Of a stretch of 64,000 nt of DNA, positions 9,779 through 20,288 are shown in pieces (the first letter of the stretch is position 1; each line of letters opens with the position of its first letter). The DNA lies in contig OZ025680.1 in the NCBI GenBank assembly GCA_964019335.1, positions 248,001 through 312,000 of the forward strand, read 5' to 3'. Made by a program: the position numbers and the translations under genes. This DNA comes from Diplonema japonicum (Eukaryota; Protista; Euglenozoa: Diplonemea). The notes under the pieces are model-generated. The model saw only the letters and a program-made list of their open reading frames with translations, did not search any database and was not told the DNA's origin.

Positions 9779-11372
9779 TCTTTTAATTATTTATTTATTT
9801 ATTTATTCTCTTTTTTTTTTTTTTTTTTTTTTCTTTTTTTTTTTTTTTTTGTCAGAGTTGTTGTTGTTGTTGTTATTGTAAAAAATAAAGGTGAGGAAAA
9901 AAATAAGGAAACAAACAAGGAGAGAAAGAATTAGGGTGATCCACCATTTGGTTATGCCCAACCTCAGGCATTCCAACGTATGGGGTTGTAAAGGAGAACC
10001 ATGGAAGATATTTAAAGAGAACAAACGAGGGGGGAAAAAAGGGGGGGGTGAAGCAAAAAATAGAAAAACAAGGAAAATAAAAGGCTTGTGATGTAGGTTC
10101 GTTATATAAAGCAACCCCCCACAAAAAGCCCTTCCTCTTTGATTTTTCTCTTTTTTTTGGGGGGGGGGAAAGGGGATCAATCTATAAAATTTTATTTCCT
10201 TTTTTTTTTTTCGTGCTCTTGTGTTTCGCAGCAAGCAAAAAGCAAGGCACTACAAAAACACAAAAAATTTTTATGAAAACAAAATACAGATTCTTATGGG
10301 AATACGAGAGGAAGAAACAAAACGGGTAAAAAAAAAAAAAAAAAAAAAAAAAAGAAGGACCGCTCTTAAATAAAAGAAGAGCGGGAAGAAAGGTCGTTGG
10401 CTTCAATATCACGGAGGCTCTAACAAGCCGCTTTGTGTTGCCAACGAGCTTCCCTTCCCCTCCTTTTGAAAGTAAGTTTATTTTGTCATAACTGCCACAA
10501 TTCTTCTTTGGCGCAGAATGCTTTATAAACGCCCATGACCGATGTCAATCATGGTGTCATTCAACAAAAAAAAAAAAAAAAAAAAAAGAAAATAATAATA
10601 AGAGAAGAAAGGTGGCCAGTGTTGGTGGCGCTTTGCTTTAAAAGAAAAAAAATTAAACAAAAGCAACAACACAAAGTGCACTTTTACCTTTCCGCCAGTA
10701 GCTTCCTGGTGGTTTAGTTCAAAAAGAAATTCGCAAAAACTATATGTCAGTTGTTGGTTCGCGCACATATAGTTATAAAAAAGATCATAATAAATAATTA
10801 AAAAAAAAAAAAAAAAAAAAAAGGTTGTCTCGATCATAGTGGTGCCACACAGTATGTGACACCCTTGTGAAGCTTCGCCCGAAGCCTCCCAAGTCCCCCT
10901 GTGGTCCCGTAGAATGACTGTAAAAGTGGAGGTACAGAATTCCTTTTGAAATAGGGAGAGGGGCTGCAAAAGAATCGAAGAGGTTAATAAAGCTGTTGTT
11001 CCAGCCATAAAAAAAGGCGGACGAAAATAAATAAAAAAAGAATAAGGGGGGGTGGGGAGAAAAAATGAGGTGGCTCGCATGGCAACACCTTCATCTTTTC
11101 TTCGTAAAAGCTAGAGTAAAAAAGAATCAAGAAGGGAAACAAGATAGTGTCCAGCTACTCACCTGGTAGCGAGAGACAAAACAATACGGGGGAGGAGGAA
11201 GGAGGACAGGAAAAAAAAGAGGGAAAAAAAAACACCGACCGAGTAAGATGAGGTCAAGGTGTGTCCCGGCGGCAGTGTGGTTTGTACCGCCATCTTGTGT
11301 AAGTTGGGAATTAGAAGTGTTAAAATAGGAAATAGAAATAGAAAAAAAATGAGAGGAAAACGCGTAGATTTT

Positions 11373-14300
11373 TCACTTTACACTGCCACCGCATCCCCTG
11401 GCAGGGCTGACCGTACCGCCAACAGCCTTCGACCAAGCACCCATCAGGTCGTGAGCGGCATTCCAGAAGAAGGCCCCACCGTTGCAGGCATACTCCTGCT
11501 TCAAGTCGTTCATAACACTGACCGCCTGCTGTGCATTGCTGTTGGAGTTGGTGCCTCCACAGTCGCTGATGCAGAAGCCGAACACCACCTTCGTGGGATC
11601 GCTCCCGAAGCAGTCCTCGACAAGGGTCTTGAAGTGTGCCAGAGCAGAGGAGAAGACCCCCCCGTTGATCCCGTCCGTGTTGGGGCGCGTGATCCCGTTG
11701 TAGTACTGCGGCATGACGAAGTCCACAGAGCCTGCCACCTCCCTGATGATGTCGAAGTAGCGGGTTCCCTTCGCAAGGTCGATGTCCACAGGGGAGTGTG
11801 TCACGAGGCTCCCGGTGGGGAGGTTCTGCTTCAACCCCACTGTCACTTCCTTCAGGAAGGCTTGTGCTTGTGCCCCCTTTGCGAACGACGACCCGCGCTG
11901 CCCGTCCTCGTAGTAGTACTCGTAGTCGAGGTTGATCCCGTCGAAGCCCTGGCTGCTCGCGACCGCCACCAGCTGCCGCACCACGGAGGCCTCCTTTCCG
12001 TAGCAGTGTTCCCAGCAGTCGTTCAGCCCGTCCCACGAGCCCCCCATCCCGGCCCCGCCGAAGGACAGCATCACCTTCTTCCCGGCCGCTTTCCACTTCG
12101 CCACGAGCTCGGGTTGTGGGGAGTTCCCGCAAACGGGCACAGACCCTGTGATCTTGCACTGCTGGTTGCACTGGTTCCCTCTGGGAGTCCACGTGTAGGT
12201 CACTGCGAAGGACACGAGGATGTGTGTGTAGGCCTCCATCTGGGCGTCTGTGGGACATGCTTGCCAGTTCCCGATGTAGGCGATGAGCCTGCTGTCAACA
12301 GAGGCGGTGGAGAGAGCGGGGGTCGGGGCCGTGACCGTGGCTGGGGAGGGGTTGGTCGGGACGCCGCCTCCACTATTGCCACCGCATCCCCTGGCAGGGC
12401 TGACCGCACCGCCAACAGCCTTCGACCAGGCACCGTTCGTGTCGCGAAGGGAGTTCCAGAAGAAGGCCCCACCGTTGCAGGCATACTCCTGCTTCAAGTC
12501 GTTCATAACACTGACCGCCTGCTGTGCATTGCTGTTGGAGTTGGTGTCCCCACAGTCGCCGATGCAGAAGCCGAACACCACCTTCGTGGGATCGTTCCCG
12601 AAGCAGTCCTCGACAAGGGTCTTGAAGTGTGCCAGAGCAGAGGAGAAGACCCCCCCGTTGATCCCGTCCGTGTTGGGGCGCGTGATCCCGTTGTAGTACT
12701 GCGGCATGACGAAGTCCACAGAGCCCGCCACCTCCTTCATGATGTCGAAGTAGCGGGTCCCCTTCGCAAGGTCGATGTCCACAGGGGAGTGTGTCACGAG
12801 GCTCCCGGTGGGGAGGTTCTGCTTCAACCCCACTGTCACTTCCTTCAGGAAGGCTTGTGCTTGTGCCCCCTTTGCGAACGACGACCCGCGCTGCCCGTCC
12901 TCGTAGTAGTACCCGTAGTCGAGGTTGATCCCGTCGAAGCCCAGGCTGCTCGCGACCGCCACCAGCTGCCGCACCAGGTGTTCCTCCTTTCCGTAGCAGT
13001 GTTCCCAGCAGTCGTTCAGCCCGTCCCACGAGCCCCCCATCCCGGCCCCGCCGAAGGACAGCATCACCTTCTTCCCGGCCGCTTTCCACTTCGCCACGAG
13101 CTCGGGGTGTGGGGCGTTTCCGCAAACGGAGACCGGCGTCAAGTCGCACTGCTGGTTGCACTGGTTTTTCATGGGACCCCACGTGTAGGTCACTGCGAAG
13201 GACACGAGGATGTGTGTGTAGGCCTCCATCTGGGCGTCTGTGGGACACTCTTGCCAGTTTCCGATGGAGGCAACAAGCCTGCTGTCCCCTGAAGAAGAAG
13301 AAGAAGAAGAAGAAGAAGAGGGGGGGGTTGCAGGAACAGAAACAGGAGCGGGTTGAGGAGTAGAGGGTGCAGAGGTTGTCTCGTCGACGACTGTGATGGT
13401 CTGGGTTCGGCTGCTGCCTTCAGCTGTGGCTCCGGTGCACTCCGACTTCGGGAAGAAGGGGAGGATGGTCCACACACGGTTGACCGTCCACTGACCGTTC
13501 CCGTTCGACCCCTCCACGGGGACAGGGTCGCTGTCCATGTAAAAAACGTCGAACTCTTGGCTGCAGGCAGAGGCCCCCTCTGCCAACCCCAGCACCGTGG
13601 GGTCGGTCGACTGCTCCGTGTTCACGCGGGTGTCCGCTGGGAAGGAGGCGAAGACGGGCGAAATCGGCTCAACCGTGATGATCTGGGTCACCTCCTCCGA
13701 GACGCCGCCGCAAACGGGGCTGTCGCGGAGCTGCCACGTCACCTCCAAGAAGGAGGACCCGCACACCCTGTTCGGGAACTGCGACTCCGGAAGCACGCGT
13801 TGCCTCAGAAGGTTCACCCTCGCCCCCGAGGTGCACGCGGGGTCGACAAACCAAGGCAGGGGCTTCAGGCTCTCCAGGTTCACCGGTTGATCACAGCGGA
13901 AGGTGTAGGAGGTGGCTCCCCCGAGAACAGGGCGCTTCCGGAGCACCATCCCCGCCTCGCTGCTCACCTCGCCGTTCAGGAGGGCCTGCTTTTCCAACGC
14001 CTTGTCCGCCATCGCCGACACCATCCTGTTTTGCGTGTTCCGCACGCTCGCCTCGTAGCTCGCCTGGCTGCTCAGGTCGTACGGCATGTTCGACAGGGTC
14101 ACCTCCGCCTCGGAGGCCGACAACCCGCCTCCCGACCCCTTCCCCCCGTAGGTCCTCACCCCGCCGCTGAAACCCCCGGAGGCAGTCGCCGCGTTCGACC
14201 CGAACGGCACCATCACCGTCGACTTCGGAAGCGACGGCATCGGGACCTCCATCCCCGAGGCGATGTTCTGCAACCCGGGGTTCTCCTCCTTCGACCCCTC

Positions 14301-17300
14301 GATGATCGCGTTCTTCTGCGCCATCTCGTCCGTCTTCGTCTTCACATCCGCAGCGGCGAGGGCCACCTCCTCCATGCACCCGGGGTCCGCGTACCTCGGC
14401 CCGTGCTTCGTCTTGCAGGTCTTCCCGAAGAAGCAGAACAGGTGGCACCAGCACTCTTTCCACTGCGCCCTCAGATACCTGCAACCGTACTCGTTCCTGC
14501 CCCCTGCCCCCACGATCCTGTGGCCCGCCGTGTGGAACAGCCCGCTGATGCTCCCGATGGACTGCGCCGCCCCTTCGAAGTCCCCTCGAAGGAGCCTCTC
14601 CCCCGCCCTCACGATGTCCCCGAGGACCGGGATCCCCTTCAGCCACGTCACCGCGTCCCGAAACGCCGCCGCCACGTTGTTCAGGAACTCCTCCACCTTG
14701 TCCTTGATGTACCTGAGGGTGGTCTCGAAGATCCTCTTCACCTTGTTCCACAGCACCGTCACCTTCTCCGAGATGTAGTTCCAGGCCTCCGTCGCAGCCT
14801 TCGCGATCGCCTTCACCGCCACGTTGATCCCGTCCACGATCTTCTGCCCGAGGTCCCCCAAGGACACCGACACCGAGATGTCGAACTCCGAGTCCTCGAA
14901 CCTCTTCGCCACAACGGCGTGCCCGCTCACCGTCGTCTCCACCAGCGCCAAATCCAGCGTCACCGCGAAGTCGATCACGTTCCCGTTCACCTCCACCCTC
15001 GCCCGCAGGTTGATGAACAGGACCTGGATGTCGCAGGAGAAGATGGCGTACGGGATCGGGCGGTTCAGGTCGTACATGAAGAGGACCTGTCGGATCTTCA
15101 CGATCTCCAGGAAGTTCATGTCCCGCAGCTCCATCTTGAAGAAGGTGAGGTCCCAGTTCCAGGTCACGTGAACGTGCGAGGACAGCGCCCCGTCGAAGAG
15201 GTCGATCCCTGCCCTGAAGGAGAAGATGTCCGCGTTCAGGGTAACGTTCAGGTAGCCGTACGACCTCAGCATAGGGATGTCGAAGGCTCCCCCGATGTCG
15301 ATCAGGGCCCGCGGCTGCGGCTTCACCTGCAGGTCCACCAGGAACTTCGCCCCGCCCACCGCCACCTTGTTCTCCAAGCGGTTCCCGATGCGGAGCTGGA
15401 AGGCCCCGATTTTCAAGTCCACGTGGTCCATCCAGGCGTCGATGTAGAAGCGCGTCTTGCTCACCGCGAGGTCGATCGCGATCTCCCACCCGAGGAAGTT
15501 CAAACGCCCCTGCAGAGCGACCCCCGCAGGGATCACCACGTCCCCGCTCCTGAACGACAGCCTCTGCTCCTTGATCGGGCTGAAGGAGAAGAAGGCGAAG
15601 CACTCCAAATCCAGCGTCGTCTCGTTCGCGTAGCCGTCCAGCTTCCCCGCACACCTCGTCTTGTAGTCCTTGTCGAAGGGGTAGATCCCCGACTCCGCGA
15701 GCTTCCCGGGGATCACCACCTTGTCCAGGGCTGGAACGTAGTCCGACAGCACGTCGATGATCCCGCCGATCGTGAGCTCCGACACCATCGCGATGAAGAA
15801 GTTGTCCTCGGGGACCGTCCCGCTCACCCCGACGTAGGTGCGCCCCTCGATGTACGCCCCCGTCTTCGTCGTGCAGCTTCCTTCCTTCCCGAAGCAGACC
15901 GCTCCCCCCAGGGTGAACCCGGTCGGGACCGGCGACTTCAAATCCCACTCCACCCCGAGGATGACGTCCCCGATGTGCAGGAAGGGGAGCCCCAGGGCCC
16001 GGTACCACCACCCGTCCAGCTTCAGCGACCCCCGCACCAGCTGCGCCGACGGGCTCACCACCAGAGACAGGTCCCCGATCAGGAACAGGAAGCGCCTCTC
16101 CTCATAGTCCTCCTTGCAGCGCTCCACGCAGATCTTTAGAGGGATGTTCACCCCGAGCTTCGACAGCGGCAGCCCCCCGAAGTTGTGCTCGTACTGCGCG
16201 TAGATGCTCATCCCGAGCGTCCCCTCCACGTTCACGATCGCGAAGTTGCTCTCCGAAGTGTCCGGGTCCGTCCCGATCCGCAGCTCCAGCAAGGCCGACC
16301 CGGAGAACTGAAGCTCCGCGCTCGCCGACACTCGGAAGTTCTCCGTCACGTCCCCCACCACCTCCAAGAAGTCCCCTTCCAGGATGTCCGGCAGCTTCGG
16401 AGACCCGATCGCGTACAGCTTCACCCCCGAGGTCGTCGCCGCCAGTGCGAGCTTCGTGTCCTGGATCCCGAACGACAGCACGGGAGACAGGGCTGTGTCC
16501 AACGCCTGCGCCACCCCTTCGTCGAAGTTGCTCGTCACCAAATAGGCCACGTTCGCCATCGTCAGCTCCTCCACCCACACGCTCGCCTCCACCCCGTCGC
16601 ACGCGGGGGTCTGCCCGATCCGTCCCACTCCAGACACTGTCGTCGTCGGGGTTGGAGCCGCGCAGTTTCCGAGACAGAAAGGCATCGTCACTTCTCCCTT
16701 CTGCAGAATCGGTTTCATGAGCTCCAAGAAGTCTCCGAGGTCTGACGAAGCGTCCAGAAGTTCTCTTGTGCTGTGCTTCGTGGTGGTGGTGGTGGTGGTG
16801 GTGTTGACGCCGTCGTTCTTGTTGTCGTCGCCCTTCACAATGCTAGTGTACATGCGTGCCCCCGTAGCAGTGCTCGCAGAAGCGGAGTCCATGGGACAAG
16901 CAGAAGGGTCGTATGCCACACTCGCTCCCTTGTTCGAGTCCTCCAGCGTCACCGCCATCCCCAAGCTGAACCCGATCCCTGACCACTTGTTCCCCTTGGC
17001 GTCCGTGATGGAGCTCCTCTTCTGGCTCAACCATGATCTCGGGAGCTCCTTGACCGCCTCTTTGATCTTCCCTGCAAGTCCGTCCAGCGCGAAGTCCATG
17101 TCCCTGATCGCCTCCCTGTTCTTCTTCTTGAAGATGTGCTTCCCCCACGACTTCAAGCTCACCCCGAATCCTCCGAACAGCACGTTCTCCCACCAGGTGC
17201 TCGCCGAGATCACCTCGACACACCTCCAGTGCGGGTGCGTGAACACGATCGTGATCCCGTCGATCCCCACCGTCGACGAGATGATGGCAGGCATGTCGAT

Positions 17301-18554
17301 CCCGACCTCGAAGGCGAACCCGCTGAAGGCCCCTGCGCTCGCGAACCACTCCACCGACAGCGACACCTCGAACAGCGTGTTGGCGAAGAAGCCCTTCTCC
17401 CCTGTCTTCTCGCCGGAGCGAGCCTTCTTCTTGGTCCTGCCTCGAAACAGTACTTCCCCTTCCCTCTCCTTCTTCTTCTCCTTCTCCTGCTCCGCAGAAA
17501 GAACCTTCCCCCCGTGCCCGAACGAGGTTTCCTTCACGCACACCCCGTTCTCGCACTCTTCGTTCAATCCGCAGTCGTTGTCGCTGGTGCAACCATCAGA
17601 CTCAACGGCTCGAGGGGTCAACACAGACAGCTCTCTATCGGGAGCAGGAGTGGGAGGGGCGGGAGTAGCAGGAGCAGGAGTGCGAGGGGCAGGGGTGCGA
17701 GGAGCAGGAGTACGAGGGGCAGGGGTACGAGGGGCGGGAGTACGAGGGGCAGGGGTGCGAGGGGCGGGAGTGGAAGGAGCAGGGGTCGTCGCGGAGGTGT
17801 TCTTGTTCTGCCTCTCGTAGTTGATGCCCGCACCCCATCCAAGACCCAGACCCGAGAAGAGGTTCGCCTTTCCACCTGGGACAGCCTCCAACCCGATGCT
17901 CCACCCGAGCCCAACAGAGGGGGTGAACTGGAAGCTCCCCACCTTCAGCCCTTCATACGAGACACTGAAGCCGATCGTCACAGTGAAGAGCGGACACCCG
18001 AAGTTCGAGTTTGCCTTCGAGGCGCAGAGGTACCCGATCGCACAGCAGTCCTCCAGGGGCTTCACCACCCTCCGCTTTTGGTGGTTCTGCTGCGCCTCGA
18101 GGAGCATCGCCGCCCTGTCCGCAGAGGCGGCGGCGGTCGTCGTTGTCGAGTTGCACTGCCCGGAGAAGGTGCGGATGTAGGGCTTCAAGCTGTTCGCGAG
18201 GTCGGGGATGTCGGCCAGGAAGGTCTCCACCGTCGCAGTGTCCTCGAAGAACTCCATCAGCCCGTCCGCCGCCTCCACCGCCTTGTCCTTCAGGGTGTTC
18301 AGCTGGTCGAGGGACTGCGTCACCGCCTCTATCGCCTCCTGCACCCCGAGGGCCTCCAGCACTTCTTCCGCCCTGTCCGCAAGGGCGTCCGCCACCGCCC
18401 CCCTGAAGGCGTCCACCGTGTCCACCAGCGACGAGGCCAGCGACGTCACCGTCAGCGGCTCAGAGGTCGACGTCGTTGTCGGCGCCGTGTCCTGCGCTGC
18501 TCCCACCAGAAGTACCGCGGCTCCCACCGCTAGCAGCATCTGCAAGTTTACCAT
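11373..18554 (-). CDS. Giant secreted multidomain protein (2393 aa): signal peptide, TPAPR linker, large beta-rich region of unknown family, HYR-like module, two tandem GH18 chitinase domains
   Basis: Hydrophobic N-terminus. GH18 motifs KKVMLSFGG and FDGINLDY(G/E)Y, MPQYYN and GGAFFW each occur twice. HYR-like PVFASFPAD...QTITVVD. Confidence 0.88.
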   Translation of the reverse strand: MVNLQMLLAVGAAVLLVGAAQDTAPTTTSTSEPLTVTSLASSLVDTVDAFRGAVADALADRAEEVLEALGVQEAIEAVTQSLDQLNTLKDKAVEAADGLMEFFEDTATVETFLADIPDLANSLKPYIRTFSGQCNSTTTTAAASADRAAMLLEAQQNHQKRRVVKPLEDCCAIGYLCASKANSNFGCPLFTVTIGFSVSYEGLKVGSFQFTPSVGLGWSIGLEAVPGGKANLFSGLGLGWGAGINYERQNKNTSATTPAPSTPAPRTPAPRTPAPRTPAPRTPAPRTPAPRTPAPATPAPPTPAPDRELSVLTPRAVESDGCTSDNDCGLNEECENGVCVKETSFGHGGKVLSAEQEKEKKKEREGEVLFRGRTKKKARSGEKTGEKGFFANTLFEVSLSVEWFASAGAFSGFAFEVGIDMPAIISSTVGIDGITIVFTHPHWRCVEVISASTWWENVLFGGFGVSLKSWGKHIFKKKNREAIRDMDFALDGLAGKIKEAVKELPRSWLSQKRSSITDAKGNKWSGIGFSLGMAVTLEDSNKGASVAYDPSACPMDSASASTATGARMYTSIVKGDDNKNDGVNTTTTTTTTKHSTRELLDASSDLGDFLELMKPILQKGEVTMPFCLGNCAAPTPTTTVSGVGRIGQTPACDGVEASVWVEELTMANVAYLVTSNFDEGVAQALDTALSPVLSFGIQDTKLALAATTSGVKLYAIGSPKLPDILEGDFLEVVGDVTENFRVSASAELQFSGSALLELRIGTDPDTSESNFAIVNVEGTLGMSIYAQYEHNFGGLPLSKLGVNIPLKICVERCKEDYEERRFLFLIGDLSLVVSPSAQLVRGSLKLDGWWYRALGLPFLHIGDVILGVEWDLKSPVPTGFTLGGAVCFGKEGSCTTKTGAYIEGRTYVGVSGTVPEDNFFIAMVSELTIGGIIDVLSDYVPALDKVVIPGKLAESGIYPFDKDYKTRCAGKLDGYANETTLDLECFAFFSFSPIKEQRLSFRSGDVVIPAGVALQGRLNFLGWEIAIDLAVSKTRFYIDAWMDHVDLKIGAFQLRIGNRLENKVAVGGAKFLVDLQVKPQPRALIDIGGAFDIPMLRSYGYLNVTLNADIFSFRAGIDLFDGALSSHVHVTWNWDLTFFKMELRDMNFLEIVKIRQVLFMYDLNRPIPYAIFSCDIQVLFINLRARVEVNGNVIDFAVTLDLALVETTVSGHAVVAKRFEDSEFDISVSVSLGDLGQKIVDGINVAVKAIAKAATEAWNYISEKVTVLWNKVKRIFETTLRYIKDKVEEFLNNVAAAFRDAVTWLKGIPVLGDIVRAGERLLRGDFEGAAQSIGSISGLFHTAGHRIVGAGGRNEYGCRYLRAQWKECWCHLFCFFGKTCKTKHGPRYADPGCMEEVALAAADVKTKTDEMAQKNAIIEGSKEENPGLQNIASGMEVPMPSLPKSTVMVPFGSNAATASGGFSGGVRTYGGKGSGGGLSASEAEVTLSNMPYDLSSQASYEASVRNTQNRMVSAMADKALEKQALLNGEVSSEAGMVLRKRPVLGGATSYTFRCDQPVNLESLKPLPWFVDPACTSGARVNLLRQRVLPESQFPNRVCGSSFLEVTWQLRDSPVCGGVSEEVTQIITVEPISPVFASFPADTRVNTEQSTDPTVLGLAEGASACSQEFDVFYMDSDPVPVEGSNGNGQWTVNRVWTILPFFPKSECTGATAEGSSRTQTITVVDETTSAPSTPQPAPVSVPATPPSSSSSSSSSSGDSRLVASIGNWQECPTDAQMEAYTHILVSFAVTYTWGPMKNQCNQQCDLTPVSVCGNAPHPELVAKWKAAGKKVMLSFGGAGMGGSWDGLNDCWEHCYGKEEHLVRQLVAVASSLGFDGINLDYGYYYEDGQRGSSFAKGAQAQAFLKEVTVGLKQNLPTGSLVTHSPVDIDLAKGTRYFDIMKEVAGSVDFVMPQYYNGITRPNTDGINGGVFSSALAHFKTLVEDCFGNDPTKVVFGFCIGDCGDTNSNSNAQQAVSVMNDLKQEYACNGGAFFWNSLRDTNGAWSKAVGGAVSPARGCGGNSGGGVPTNPSPATVTAPTPALSTASVDSRLIAYIGNWQACPTDAQMEAYTHILVSFAVTYTWTPRGNQCNQQCKITGSVPVCGNSPQPELVAKWKAAGKKVMLSFGGAGMGGSWDGLNDCWEHCYGKEASVVRQLVAVASSQGFDGINLDYEYYYEDGQRGSSFAKGAQAQAFLKEVTVGLKQNLPTGSLVTHSPVDIDLAKGTRYFDIIREVAGSVDFVMPQYYNGITRPNTDGINGGVFSSALAHFKTLVEDCFGSDPTKVVFGFCISDCGGTNSNSNAQQAVSVMNDLKQEYACNGGAFFWNAAHDLMGAWSKAVGGTVSPARGCGGSVK
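11390..13288 (-). repeat. Intragenic tandem duplication of a ~0.9-kb GH18 domain
   Basis: ~11390-12300 and ~12380-13288 are nearly identical at DNA level. Confidence 0.95.
17640..17790 (-). repeat. 15-bp coding minisatellite encoding (TPAPR)n
   Basis: Repeated ggagcaggagt(a/g)cga / ggggcaggggt(a/g)cga units. Confidence 0.9.
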
Positions 18555-19191
18555 CTTGTCAACCTTAACAGAAGGGACGGTTGGGGTGCCTTCTTGGTTT
18601 CTCTTTTTCTTCTTCTTCTTCTTCTTTTTGTGTGTGTATTAACCTGTAGGTGGTAAACTAGAGGGGGAAATGAAGTTGGGAAACGGAAAAAAAAGCAGAG
18701 GTAAATAAGATAAGAAAAAGAAAGAGTCGGCTGTTGTTGTTTTGTACAAGCCGATTGAAACCTACTGAAGGTTAACCGACAAGTTCTACCCACTCTTTTC
18801 AGCAAAGACAGTTGTCAAAAGCTTTTTAAAAGGGGGAAACAATTGAAATGAAAAGCTAGGTTTTCAAAAATTAAATAAGACTAAGTTTGAATCTCATTGA
18901 CATTTGGGTGTCGAGTCAAAGAGAGCAAGGTGTGTGTTCCAATTCATTTTTTATCTCAAAGAAGAAAAAAGGGAAAGTGACCCAACGATCCCATGACCGT
19001 AAGGACAACTCATCAGTATGGATAAGTTTCATAAAATTTATTCAGCGGGAGGTAAACATATACGTATTCAGAGAACACAAAGCCCTGGTGTCCATTCAGC
19101 TCAGCGTTATTGAACAAAGACTGGCTTTGTGTGTTGGTGTTTTTGATTTTTTTCTTTGTGTACTTGCTTCTGGAGTAGAATTATTTCATTT

Positions 19192-20253
19192 TCAGCCAAT
19201 CCTTTCGCCACCCCAGTAGTTGGCCCCGGGCTTCACACACTGTGCGTACCACCTGCTCTGCTTGTAGCACCCCGCACCGGTAACACAGCAGCTCGGCGCC
19301 TGTAAACAGTTGCCCCACAGGGGAACAACAAAGGAGCAGCTGCCAGGGGAAGGTGGCGGTGTGGCAGGAGGAGTCGGTGTGGAAGGTTGCGGTGTGGGGA
19401 CAGGGGTCGGTGGCGAAGGGGTGGGAACGGGTGTTGGGGGCGAGGGTGTGGGAACAGGTGTAGGAAGGGGTGTCGGAGGGGGCGTAGGAGGGTGGGGGGT
19501 CAGGTTTGCAGGTCTGCAATGCGCGAACCACTTGTTCACCTGGTGGCACTTGGCCCCAGGCGCACAGCAGTGCTGTTCGTTGAGGCATGTCGCCCACAGT
19601 GGGATCACACGCGAGCACGAGGCGGGAGGGACAGGGACAGGCGGTACCGGAACAGGAGGGACAGGCGGGACGGGGTTGCCACCACCACCGCCGCGGAAGT
19701 CCAAGTCAATAGCGTTGTAGAAGGTGTTGGCCGTGTCACCGACGTCCCAGACGGCGAGGACGACGTGGTAGCCCGCCTTGGAGGGGAGGGTGCAGGAGTG
19801 CGTCGTCAAAGTCTGCGGCTGCATCATGTTCCCCATCACGGAGCAGAAGGGGGTCCCCTCGAAGCTGCTCCTCGCAAGCGGCGCATTCTCGTCCCACCCG
19901 TCCTTCGTGATGTAGTACCTCCAGTCCAGGGTCGCGTGGTTCGCCTCGAACCACCAAGTGAAGTCTGTTTGCCCAGCAGACGCTGCTGTCCTCGCCCACC
20001 TCGTCGACGTCTGCTCGTTCAGCGGTGTCCATCTGTTGCTCCCCGCTGCAGCCAGTGTCCCGTCAGGGGGGCCGCTCACAGGGTACCTGTCCGGGCCCTC
20101 CACGCTCTGAGGCTCATACTGCACCGCACCGCAGTTCTGGTTCTCCCCCCCGGTCCTGCACATGTAGTTCCTCGAAGGAGGGACCTTCACGTACCCGTGG
20201 CCCTCTACACCCGCTGCTGCAAGCAGCACGGGGAGTGCTAGGCGGTGCAACAT
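19192..20253 (-). CDS. AA10 lytic polysaccharide monooxygenase (CBP21/GbpA-like) with Pro-rich linkers and two CBM1-like modules
   Basis: An 18-aa signal peptide is followed directly by His (HGYVKVPPSR). Motifs YEPQSVEG, second His in ANHA, WRYYITK and AVWDVGDTANTFYNAIDL. Two C-terminal W..C...CC..G..C.....W(F/Y)A(H/Q)C modules. Confidence 0.93.
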   Translation of the reverse strand: MLHRLALPVLLAAAGVEGHGYVKVPPSRNYMCRTGGENQNCGAVQYEPQSVEGPDRYPVSGPPDGTLAAAGSNRWTPLNEQTSTRWARTAASAGQTDFTWWFEANHATLDWRYYITKDGWDENAPLARSSFEGTPFCSVMGNMMQPQTLTTHSCTLPSKAGYHVVLAVWDVGDTANTFYNAIDLDFRGGGGGNPVPPVPPVPVPPVPVPPASCSRVIPLWATCLNEQHCCAPGAKCHQVNKWFAHCRPANLTPHPPTPPPTPLPTPVPTPSPPTPVPTPSPPTPVPTPQPSTPTPPATPPPSPGSCSFVVPLWGNCLQAPSCCVTGAGCYKQSRWYAQCVKPGANYWGGERIG

Positions 20254-20288
20254 GTTGGTGAGTGGTAAGTCAGAAGGACTGTGGGTTT

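Larger units (their letters stand above)
1507..9779. repeat. Segmental duplication, copy A (~8.3 kb; copy B at 49250-57526)
   Basis: Near-identical to 49250-57526, intergenic DNA included; only a few SNPs and homopolymer/triplet length differences seen. Confidence 0.97.

Noticed and set aside
10830-10930. Pair of GC-rich hairpins in the GH18-GILT intergenic region
   Set aside because: Single copy with no recognisable ncRNA boxes; cannot be distinguished from chance.
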